Shown here in pieces: positions 1 through 7,432 of a DNA stretch of 21,441 nucleotides. The stretch lies in IMG/VR virus record IMGVR_UViG_2695420728_000017; one strand, 5' to 3'. The DNA comes from a virus (lineage: Duplodnaviria > Heunggongvirae > Uroviricota > Caudoviricetes). Each line of letters opens with the position of its first letter. Within the stretch, counting starts at the first letter, position 1. The notes beneath the pieces were generated by a model. It saw only the letters and a list, made by a program, of their open reading frames with translations. It was not told the origin of the DNA and did no database searches. Position numbers and translations under genes: made by a program.

Positions 1-1719
1 CTGGAATGCCGGGCCAGCCACTCCATTCAGTTTCGGAGTAACCGTGGCACTGCCGGCGGTGAACACCAGCTCCAGCGTCTGCCAGTCGTTACCGTAATCG
101 CCGAACTCCCCCAGCTTCGTGTTTCCGGCTTTCCTGTGATGCATCAGATTCACTCTACCGTCAGTGGTCTGAGTGAAGTACGACATCAGGAACGGATTAC
201 CGGTACCCGTCATCGCCACACCATCAGGAACGGGAGCATCCGTATACAGATAAATCCCCAGCCCGAACTGATTGTTGGTCAGTGCGCCTGACAGGCGGAA
301 CTTACAGGTCAGTCTGCCGCCCTGTGTCAGCAGGGTAATTGCGTCATCCACCGGATGCGTCAGGGACCAGGTTTTATTGCTCTGCTTGGTGATCTTAAAT
401 ACACCATCTGACAACTGAATTCCGCCATCCTTAATGCTCCAGCCCTGCGCAGCAGCCTCTCCGGCTGCCGGCAGCAGGGAGATTGTGCGAACGGACGTAT
501 CTGCAGACGGACCCGATGGCGTGTTGCCGCCGGGCGAGGGTTTGATTTCCGGTGCCTTACCACTGATGAAGGCTGAGGTGCGCCCGGCTGCGTTCAGAAT
601 AGCGGTTGCCAGACGATCCGGAATAATGCTCCTGCGCGCCCATGAACTGAAATGTGTCGGGCGGTTTGATGATACCTGGTTTCCATTCGTTCTCGATGCC
701 GCACCGTAATATCCTGATGCCGGAATATCCGGATCTTCTGCCGGCGCGTTAGTGGCGGTATTGACGCCGTTACCGTCTGTCATGAAGGGCACAAAATAAA
801 CGCCCTCACTCTCCCTGTTTTTATACCCGCCGTACACGGTGTCGTACTGGGTAGCGTATGTATTTTTCCAGTAATACGTCGTGTCACCACAAATCCACGG
901 CACATCTGCAGCACTGCCACCATGGCACTGCGCGTTAAACACGGAGAGGTCAGCACGAAACTGTGTCAGCATGGCTGTAAACAGCGCAGGTTGCTGTGCG
1001 TGGGTGGCGGCGCTCATGTCAAACTCACCCTGCATCCAGCAGACGGCCAGCAGAACGTTTTTGGGATTTTTCTGCAATGCCGCTTTTGTGCGGGAAATCA
1101 GATCCTGATATAACGGCTTGCCCACCCCCCAGCGTGCCGAATCCTGACTGGCCCCCGTGGACTCGCTGAATGTCCCCTCCGCGCCCTGGGTAAATGCCGA
1201 ACCACCACGACAGCATGGTACCAGCAGGATCCCCGCGTTATTCGGGATATACGGGAGCAGTTTTTTGGCAATATGTAAACCCTGGCCGACACAGCCGTAC
1301 TGCCCTTTGCTCAGGTCAGCCCTCGGATGATTCAGCGTACTCATATCCTGCACATCATGCAGACAGTGGTCAGCCGGAATAATATCGTTATATCTGCAGG
1401 CAGCCCCGCCCGGCGTCACTGTACTGCGGCGCGCCAGCTGTTTAATGCGCGGATCCGGAGCATCGTATGAATCCGGCAGCGGAAGCCCTTCACCGTAAGC
1501 CATGGCATTGGACTGCCCGGCCAGTACGATGACGTAGTACCAATCCGGCTCAGATGAAGGGCCGACCTGTGGCTCTCCTTCAATAGCCACCGCCTGCATC
1601 AGTGTGTACGGCGTAATGGCAACCGGTCCGCCGTATGGCTGCCAGCCCTCTTTCAGTTTGTGTGTCAGCTTTTCCGCAAGGTCTGACGGCGACGCCGCCC
1701 TGACAACATCATAATTTTT
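1..1719 (-). pseudogene. 5'-truncated tandem paralog of nanS-p (sialate O-acetylesterase); 3' end runs off the window
   Basis: Bases 1-1719 align with 1846-3564 (offset 1845). ORF-track peptides 360-563/2205-2408 and 434-709/2279-2554 are identical; 881-1108 vs 2726-2953 differ at several residues. Minus-strand frame is open from 1719 to the window edge and keeps the GQSNAMAYG block, but has no start codon: it begins KNYDVV directly in frame after TAA-TAA (1720-1725) ending the upstream copy. First in-frame ATG is about codon 44. Confidence 0.5.
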
Positions 1720-1722
1720 TTA

Positions 1723-3573
1723 TTATGCTGCCGGTGCATTTATCTCCAGCATCAGACTTTCTATCTCAACGCCATACGCTGCATTTTTTGTAACATCCGT
1801 CAGCGTCAGCGCATTCAGTCCCAGTGTCAGACTGTCTTTTATAACCTGGAATGCCGGGCCAGCCACTCCATTCAGTTTCGGAGTAACCGTGGCACTGCCG
1901 GCGGTGAACACCAGCTCCAGCGTCTGCCAGTCGTTACCGTAATCGCCGAACTCCCCCAGCTTCGTGTTTCCGGCTTTCCTGTGATGCATCAGATTCACCC
2001 TGCCGTCAGTGGTCTGAGTGAAGTACGACATCAGGAACGGATTACCGGTACCCGTCATCGCCACACCATCAGGAACGGGAGCATCCGTATACAGATAAAT
2101 CCCCAGCCCGAACTGATTGTTGGTCAGTGCGCCTGACAGGCGGAACTTACAGGTCAGTCTGCCGCCCTGTGTCAGCAGGGTAATTGCGTCATCCACCGGA
2201 TGCGTCAGGGACCAGGTTTTATTGCTCTGCTTGGTGATCTTAAATACACCATCTGACAACTGAATTCCGCCATCCTTAATGCTCCAGCCCTGCGCAGCAG
2301 CCTCTCCGGCTGCCGGCAGCAGGGAGATTGTGCGAACGGACGTATCTGCAGACGGACCCGATGGCGTGTTGCCGCCGGGCGAGGGTTTGATTTCCGGTGC
2401 CTTACCACTGATGAAGGCTGAGGTGCGCCCGGCTGCGTTCAGAATAGCGGTTGCCAGACGATCCGGAATAATGCTCCTGCGCGCCCATGAACTGAAATGT
2501 GTCGGGCGGTTTGATGATACCTGGTTTCCATTCGTTCTCGATGCCGCACCGTAATATCCTGATGCCGGAATATCCGGATCTTCTGCCGGCGCGTTAGTGG
2601 CGGTATTGACGCCGTTACCGTCTGTCATGAAGGGCACAAAATAAACGCCCTCACTCTCCCTGTTTTTATACCCGCCGTACACGGTGTCGTACTGGGTAGC
2701 GTATGTATTTTTCCAGTAATACGTCGTGTCACCACAAATCCACGGCACATTTACAGCACTGCCACCATGGCACTGCGCGTTAAACACAGTGAGGTCAGCA
2801 CGAAACTGCTTCAGCATGGCTGTAAACAGCGCAGGTTGCTGTGCGTGGGTGGCGGCGCTCATGTCAAACTCTCCCTGCATCCAGCACACCGCCAGCAACA
2901 CATTTTTCGGGTTCTTCTGTAATGCAGCTTTAGTGCGCGCAATCAGGTCCTGATATAACGGTTTACCCACACCCCAGCGTGCCGAATCCTGGCTGGCCCC
3001 CGTGTCCGCACTGAATGTCCCCTCCGCGCCCTGGGTGAATGCCGAACCACCACGACAGCATGGTACCAGCAGGATCCCCGCGTTATTCGGGATATACGGG
3101 AGCAGTTTTTTGGCAATATGTAAGCCCTGGCCGACACAGCCGTACTGCCCTTTGCTCAGGTCTGCCTTCGGATGATTCAGCGTACTCATATCCTGCACAT
3201 CATGCAGGCAGTGGTCGGCCGGAATAATATCGTTATATCTGCATGCAGCCCCACCCGGCGTAACTGTACTGCGGCGCGCCAGCTGTTTAATGCGCGGATC
3301 CGGAGCATCGTATGAATCCGGCAGCGGAAGCCCTTCACCGTAAGCCATGGCATTGGACTGCCCGGCCAGTACGATGACGTAGTACCAATCCGGCTCAGTT
3401 GCACCACTGACCACCACATCACCTTCTGCTGTAATCGCCTGCATCAGGGTATAAGGGGTTATGGCCACCGGACTACCAAACGGCTGCCAGCCCTCTTTCA
3501 GTTTGTGTGTCAGCTTTTCCGCAAGGTCTGACGGCGACGCCGCCCTGACAACATCATAATGTTTAAATGTCAT
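1723..3573 (-). CDS. nanS-p: prophage-encoded sialate O-acetylesterase NanS-p (SGNH/SASA esterase with N-terminal DUF1737-like and C-terminal lectin-like regions)
   Basis: 616-aa ORF with ATG at 3571-3573; contains the LAGQSNAMAYGEG esterase block. Size and domain order match the nanS-p genes found downstream of stx/tRNA in lambdoid prophages. Sits downstream of the tRNA trio on the same strand. Confidence 0.85.
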   Translation of the reverse strand: MTFKHYDVVRAASPSDLAEKLTHKLKEGWQPFGSPVAITPYTLMQAITAEGDVVVSGATEPDWYYVIVLAGQSNAMAYGEGLPLPDSYDAPDPRIKQLARRSTVTPGGAACRYNDIIPADHCLHDVQDMSTLNHPKADLSKGQYGCVGQGLHIAKKLLPYIPNNAGILLVPCCRGGSAFTQGAEGTFSADTGASQDSARWGVGKPLYQDLIARTKAALQKNPKNVLLAVCWMQGEFDMSAATHAQQPALFTAMLKQFRADLTVFNAQCHGGSAVNVPWICGDTTYYWKNTYATQYDTVYGGYKNRESEGVYFVPFMTDGNGVNTATNAPAEDPDIPASGYYGAASRTNGNQVSSNRPTHFSSWARRSIIPDRLATAILNAAGRTSAFISGKAPEIKPSPGGNTPSGPSADTSVRTISLLPAAGEAAAQGWSIKDGGIQLSDGVFKITKQSNKTWSLTHPVDDAITLLTQGGRLTCKFRLSGALTNNQFGLGIYLYTDAPVPDGVAMTGTGNPFLMSYFTQTTDGRVNLMHHRKAGNTKLGEFGDYGNDWQTLELVFTAGSATVTPKLNGVAGPAFQVIKDSLTLGLNALTLTDVTKNAAYGVEIESLMLEINAPAA

Positions 3574-3756
3574 TATTCCTCCCGGCCGGGATAGTGTATT
3601 AAATCAGATATGGAGTGGGCTGTAGTCCGGAAGCCTGAATGACACACGGGGACTACAGCCCAAGAAATGAAAAAAGGCCACGCAGTTGCGCAGCCTGATA
3701 AACCCTGGTTAAAATCCACACGATAACAACACAACAATATCAGTATCTCATGCTAT

Positions 3757-3782
3757 TGCCCGAACCCATTCGGGCATTTTTT
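3757..3782 (+). terminator. intrinsic terminator, plus strand only
   Basis: Perfect 8-bp stem TGCCCGAA/TTCGGGCA with CCCA loop followed by TTTTTT. The minus-strand version has no U-tract. Confidence 0.5.
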
Positions 3783-3787
3783 ACCCA

Positions 3788-3815
3788 TAAAAAATGCCCC
3801 TCCGGAGAGGGGCAT
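3788..3815 (-). terminator. intrinsic terminator, minus strand (between TerB operon and nanS-p)
   Basis: 9-bp stem ATGCCCCTC/GAGGGGCAT with 4-nt loop; on the minus strand it is followed by TTTTTTAT. Plus-strand side has only GTTTG. Confidence 0.55.
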
Positions 3816-3980
3816 GTTTGCATGCACATTCTTTTTCTTGCATGGTGCCGGGTGCCTCCCGGTGAATTCAGTATCAGCACCTGAATCCGCGATTATCCCA
3901 TATACCTGGTTGCTGATCGCCCCTCCGCACAGGGGGATTCACCATGCAGAAGTGTTTTTAATAAACAGCAAACAAAAAAA

Positions 3981-4148
3981 TCAAGCATTATGCAGGCTGT
4001 TTCTTTTTATCACCGGCCACAGCAATACCACAATGCCGCAGACCAGCACCCCATCCGCCAGCACCGACATGATTCTGCTGGTGAGATCCACCATCACCAC
4101 CAGAAACAGCAGGAGTGCAGCCACAGCCAGGCGCAGTTTTACCGTCAC
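3981..4148 (-). CDS. small hydrophobic protein (~55 aa, two predicted TM segments), translationally coupled to TerB-family gene
   Basis: GTG start at 4146-4148 overlaps the TGA stop of the upstream gene. Translation VTVKLRLAVAALLLFLVVMVDLTSRIMSVLADGVLVCGIVVLLWPVIKRNSLHNA; stop at 3981-3983. Not in ORF track (<60 aa). Confidence 0.25.
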   Translation of the reverse strand: MTVKLRLAVAALLLFLVVMVDLTSRIMSVLADGVLVCGIVVLLWPVIKRNSLHNA

Positions 4149-4576
4149 AGGTGATTCTCCAGACGAAGACCCAGAACACCGGCAATCTCTTCCAGCACCT
4201 TGCGCTCTTCCGGCTCAATTTCGCCGTCTGCCTCCGCAATGGCCACCGCCACATCCAGCACATCTTCCGCTTCACGCGTATCGTGTTTCACATCCTCAAT
4301 CTCGCGTAACGCGGCACGACGACCAATTTTAAAATTGGTATCCAGCTGACCGATAATGGTTGCGCTAATCGCATTAATTTCCGAGGTAAACGCAGACAAC
4401 GCAGGCTGATTACGTAAGACCTGTTCGATCTTCGCTTTCTCGGATGCCTCGCATTCACCATCTGCATAGGCCACCAGGTATGCAGCGTTAATCACCGCCT
4501 GTGCCAGATCGCGTTTCTCAAACTTTTTAATTTCCGCTGCCGCTCTGCGGGTTTTCTTTTTGAAGATTCCAAACAT
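4145..4576 (-). CDS. TerB-family (tellurite-resistance TerB-like) protein
   Basis: Internal ATG at 4574-4576 preceded by AAGGAA RBS gives a 143-aa protein MFGIFKKKTRR...; paired acidic motifs (AYADGECEASEK and AEADGEIEPEER) match TerB architecture. The ORF-track 24-codon N-terminal extension (GTG at 4648) lacks an RBS. Confidence 0.65.
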   Translation of the reverse strand: MFGIFKKKTRRAAAEIKKFEKRDLAQAVINAAYLVAYADGECEASEKAKIEQVLRNQPALSAFTSEINAISATIIGQLDTNFKIGRRAALREIEDVKHDTREAEDVLDVAVAIAEADGEIEPEERKVLEEIAGVLGLRLENHL

Positions 4577-4708
4577 CGTGACGTTCCTTTGGGTGGGTGA
4601 GCCAACGCCCGGGAGCGATCTGCCCACAGAGAAAGTCACACTGACCACTCCGTAAGCTCACCCCCGAAAGGCTCTGTGGTTGATATGCGCCGGGCGTGGC
4701 GCAGATAC

Positions 4709-4732
4709 AAAAAAGGCCCGCCGAAGCGAGCC
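4709..4732 (-). terminator. intrinsic terminator just 3' of the tRNA cluster
   Basis: On the minus strand: 7-bp stem GGCTCGC/GCGGGCC (one G-U) with UUCG tetraloop followed by TTTTTT (plus-strand A-run 4709-4714). Confidence 0.45.
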
Positions 4733-4745
4733 TGGAAAATAAGTG

Positions 4746-4822
4746 TGGCGCGTTGTAGTGGAGTCTAACCACTGACCGATTGCTTAGAAGGCAATTGCTC
4801 TGTCCGACTGAGCTAACAACGC
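4746..4822 (-). tRNA. argO: tRNA-Arg (anticodon TCT, decodes AGA/AGG); atypical T-loop
   Basis: 77-nt cloverleaf by hand: acceptor GCGTTGT/ACAACGC, D-arm GCTC/GAGC, anticodon stem ATTGC/GCAAT with loop CT-TCT-AA, T-stem AGTGG/CCACT, encoded CCA. T-loop is TTAGACT (A at position 56 instead of C). Third position in an Ile-Arg-Arg trio as in Stx-phage ileZ-argN-argO. Confidence 0.6.
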
Positions 4823-4835
4823 ATGATGCTGATAA

Positions 4836-4912
4836 TGGACCGCCATCGGGGACTTGAACCCCGCGCAGCCAGCTTCGAAGGCTGGCGCTCTGTCCCGATG
4901 AGCTAATAGCGG
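4836..4912 (-). tRNA. argN: tRNA-Arg (anticodon TCG, decodes CGA/CGG)
   Basis: 77-nt cloverleaf: acceptor CCGCTAT/ATGGCGG (one G-U), D-arm GCTC/GAGC, anticodon stem CCAGC/GCTGG with loop CT-TCG-AA, T-arm CGGGG-TTCAAGT-CCCCG, encoded CCA. Confidence 0.75.
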
Positions 4913-4921
4913 TATGTAATA

Positions 4922-4997
4922 TGGTGGCCCTTGCTGGATTTGAACCAGCGACCTGGCGATTATGAGTCGCTCGCTCTCACCACTGAGCTAAAGGGCC
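4922..4997 (-). tRNA. ileZ: tRNA-Ile2-like (anticodon CAT, lysidine type; close to ileX/ileY)
   Basis: 76-nt cloverleaf: acceptor GGCCCTT/AAGGGCC, D-arm GCTC-AGTGGTGA-GAGC, anticodon loop CT-CAT-AA, T-arm GCTGG-TTCAAAT-CCAGC, discriminator A, CCA. Near-identical in layout to E. coli ileX as I recall it. A CAT anticodon alone cannot exclude tRNA-Met. Confidence 0.8.
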
Positions 4998-5025
4998 GAG
5001 CCAAAAAATAATAATCAGATGAAAA

Positions 5026-5739
5026 TCAATAATCAAGCCCTTGCCTGGATACATATCTGTCTGGCGGGAAGCCATAATAGCGGTGAAATACAGAAATAAA
5101 GTAGGACCTGCTTGAATAACCGCATTTTTCTGCTATAGCCTGTCCATATCCATGCCGGGAACATAACATATTTACAGCAACACGCATCCGCTCTTCCAGC
5201 AACAAGCGACTGAACATGCCCCCTTCATTTTTCAGTTTTGTCTTTAACAAACTCTCACTCATATGCAACTGTAGAGCAATCGCACCAAGCGTCCAGCTTG
5301 CTGATATATCTGTCTGAATTATCGCCCTGACTTTGGCACTTATGCTGGATAAACATCCACTTAAAAACAATGACATCCGTTCATCTGTTTCAAACAGAGA
5401 CAGGCAGGCCATCATAAGAAACATATCCGTGGCCTCTCCGGAAAATCCCTGGCTGGTAATTAAAGCCGCAGCCAACGCAGGATTGTTGGGTTCCAGCAAC
5501 AGGTAAAGCGGAATGTCAGTCAGACGAGTCCTCGTCAGCTTATGCTGACTTTCCAGATATTGACTTACGACGGATTCGCTTATATCGACAATTTTAACTT
5601 TGCCATAATGCATAAGGAAAAGCTCCCTGATGCATTTGGTGGCCAGAACAACTGAGCCTGGCTTAAGTGACAACGTATCCTTTTCAAGAAAAATATTAAT
5701 TGGGGAGCAAACCATGATAACTGAACAGACAACAGCCAT
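5026..5739 (-). CDS. AraC/XylS-family transcriptional regulator (prophage moron; AppY/PatE-like class)
   Basis: 237-aa ORF; C-terminal dual HTH region (…AIALQLHMSESLLKTKLKNEGGMFSRLLLEERM… and …GYSSRSYFISVFHRYYGFPP) is typical of AraC family. Stop lies 28 bp upstream of the tRNA-Ile 5' end. Confidence 0.75.
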   Translation of the reverse strand: MAVVCSVIMVCSPINIFLEKDTLSLKPGSVVLATKCIRELFLMHYGKVKIVDISESVVSQYLESQHKLTRTRLTDIPLYLLLEPNNPALAAALITSQGFSGEATDMFLMMACLSLFETDERMSLFLSGCLSSISAKVRAIIQTDISASWTLGAIALQLHMSESLLKTKLKNEGGMFSRLLLEERMRVAVNMLCSRHGYGQAIAEKCGYSSRSYFISVFHRYYGFPPDRYVSRQGLDY

Positions 5740-5873
5740 TATAATTTTACTTTCATTAGCAATTGGTTAGCTCAATTATAGCCCCAAAAGGTAAATTATC
5801 ATCAACACATAAGCAAAGGACTGACAGGTGTCGCCCCCCCACCAGCCGCCCATTCACCACAAATAAAAAGCCT

Positions 5874-6071
5874 TCAGGACTGAAGGCGTCTGTAACAACC
5901 GCACTGATAGTCTGCCAGACCCGCCATAACAAGCTGGGTCAGTATTAACTGGCAGCGTTCGCGTGAAAGGTAAGTATTCTGCGCAATCTCCCCGACTGTC
6001 GCCGGTTCGGTGACGCTTAATTCATCAAACACAACTCTGGCGGTTTCTGTCATATCCTGCTGTTTCAGCAT
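5874..6071 (-). CDS. small putative DNA-binding protein (65 aa, HTH/winged-helix-like)
   Basis: ATG at 6069-6071 with AAAGGG about 8 nt upstream; the segment TVGEIAQNTYLSRERCQLILTQLVMAGLA resembles a recognition-helix region. Family not recognised. Confidence 0.3.
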   Translation of the reverse strand: MLKQQDMTETARVVFDELSVTEPATVGEIAQNTYLSRERCQLILTQLVMAGLADYQCGCYRRLQS

Positions 6072-6349
6072 GTCTTTTTACCCTTTCCGGTTAACGTGAC
6101 ATACCAATAACTCTTGTCTAAAAAGCCAGCAAGATAAAAAGCCAGTATTCACGACCACCAGCGTGTTTACTGTACTGCACCAGGTTTACAGGTACAAAAA
6201 AACCGCTCAGCGGCGGGTTTAAGTTGTGTGGCGAAGTAACCACTCTTAACACACTAATAGCATTTTTGTTATAACACAAGTAGCTCATTCAGTATTTTTA
6301 GAATCTTGACTTTCTTAAGCACGGAGAACTCTGAATACCAAACATAAAA

Positions 6350-6968
6350 TCAATTATCTTCCAGGCCGGATGCTATCAACGAAAGCCTCTCAAAAAACGC
6401 TGTAGCAGCCTTGTCCAAAGTTGAATAAGTACTGTATTCTCCGTGTTCGGGACCAACCACTACCCATGGTCGTCTTTTTGGGATTCGGGACTTCTCAGAA
6501 ATCACTGTTCCAGATATACCAATATCAATTGTTACACCTGTTATTATTTTCTCTTCATCTCTTTCCCTGAACTCAATTGCCATAAATGCCGTTTTTTTTT
6601 CGTTTCCCGTTTTTAAAAAAATCAAATAAAGCAAAGCGATGCTCATTAAAATCAACACCCCATCGTCCTTCAGGATAAAGGGCATGAAAGTTGTCATTTA
6701 CGCTCTGCATCGTCTCATAAGCTTTAACTTCTAAATCTCCATAGTGCATAGATACCGCGCAGGAGTCACTGGGTAACTGTATTTTCCCAAGATTGAAAAC
6801 CTTTACTGCTCCAGAACTATGGCATCTTGCCCGCAATTTATCCCCATTTATACTAATCGGAGAAATATTCCTTAATGTTCCGGGCTGGCTCCCTCCTAAG
6901 TAAACGACTGTTAAAGATTGCTTATTTTCAATTGCATCAACTAATACATGCTCTACATTTTTATCCAT
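6350..6968 (-). pseudogene. frameshifted gene of unknown function (possible WYL-like fold); frames switch at an A9 homopolymer
   Basis: ATG at 6966-6968 with GGGAGG RBS 7 nt upstream. The N-terminal frame (126 codons, ends TGA at 6573-6575) and the C-terminal frame (continues to 6350) overlap at 6573-6697 and are joined by a 1-nt shift at the T9 run 6592-6600 (A9 in the mRNA). Deleting one A gives a continuous ~206-aa protein. Confidence 0.5.
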
Positions 6969-7043
6969 AATAACCTCCCAATGAACAGGTATCATCAGGA
7001 GGTTATTATAAAATATGATTATTTACTTTGATTGAATTTATTA

Positions 7044-7415
7044 CTATATGTAACAATCAATTTCTAAAGATACCCCCAACATTGCCAGACAACCGTCAAT
7101 AAACCCTTCAGCTTTCTGCAGTCTGATAACAACCTGATTAAGTGATATCCCCAGTTTTACCCCCAACGCCCGTAATGTAACCCCATACACATAATACATT
7201 TCCAGTAATTCGTATTGATACGGTTCCTTTTTCTTAAGAACTGTCATCGCAGAGCTAATGATCAGGCCATCGTCATCGCTACATTGCGGGCGGGATTTTA
7301 CTTTCGAAGGAATTAATCCCTTAAAACCTGCAGCAACAGATGACCATTCCACATCCTCGTGATTATTTGCCACCCATGCCCCCCAACGTTCAAGAACCAT
7401 TTGAATATCACGCAT
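7044..7415 (-). CDS. late-gene antiterminator Q (lambdoid Q family, QuuD-like)
   Basis: ATG at 7413-7415 with GGAGAAAG RBS gives 123 aa starting MRDIQMVLERWGAWVANNHEDV, which matches my recollection of DLP12 QuuD. The ORF-track start at 7430 is a TTG with no RBS. Confidence 0.8.
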   Translation of the reverse strand: MRDIQMVLERWGAWVANNHEDVEWSSVAAGFKGLIPSKVKSRPQCSDDDGLIISSAMTVLKKKEPYQYELLEMYYVYGVTLRALGVKLGISLNQVVIRLQKAEGFIDGCLAMLGVSLEIDCYI

Positions 7416-7432
7416 CAACTTTCTCCACAAAA

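Noticed and set aside
3814-4332. 172-aa plus-strand ORF overlapping the TerB-like gene
   Set aside because: Pro/His/Arg-rich low-complexity translation, antisense to a gene with a recognisable domain and RBS, and it starts inside a terminator hairpin.
4577-4648. N-terminal 24-codon extension of the TerB-like ORF (GTG at 4648)
   Set aside because: No RBS, whereas the internal ATG at 4576 has AAGGAA at the right spacing and gives a typical TerB length.
3816-4745. Shiga toxin genes (stxAB) expected between the tRNA trio and nanS-p
   Set aside because: The interval holds only the TerB-like gene and a small ORF. No ORF of StxA (~315 aa) or StxB (~89 aa) size or signal-peptide character is present.
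6196-6220. tR'-like intrinsic terminator on the minus strand (hairpin followed by T7)
   Set aside because: The stem is only about 4 bp (CCGC/GCGG), too weak to call.
6969-7043. pR'-like late promoter directly downstream of Q (TATAAT at 7005-7010 on the minus strand)
   Set aside because: No convincing -35 at 17±1 bp spacing and no identifiable qut or 6S-RNA terminator, so I cannot distinguish a late promoter from an AT-rich coincidence.
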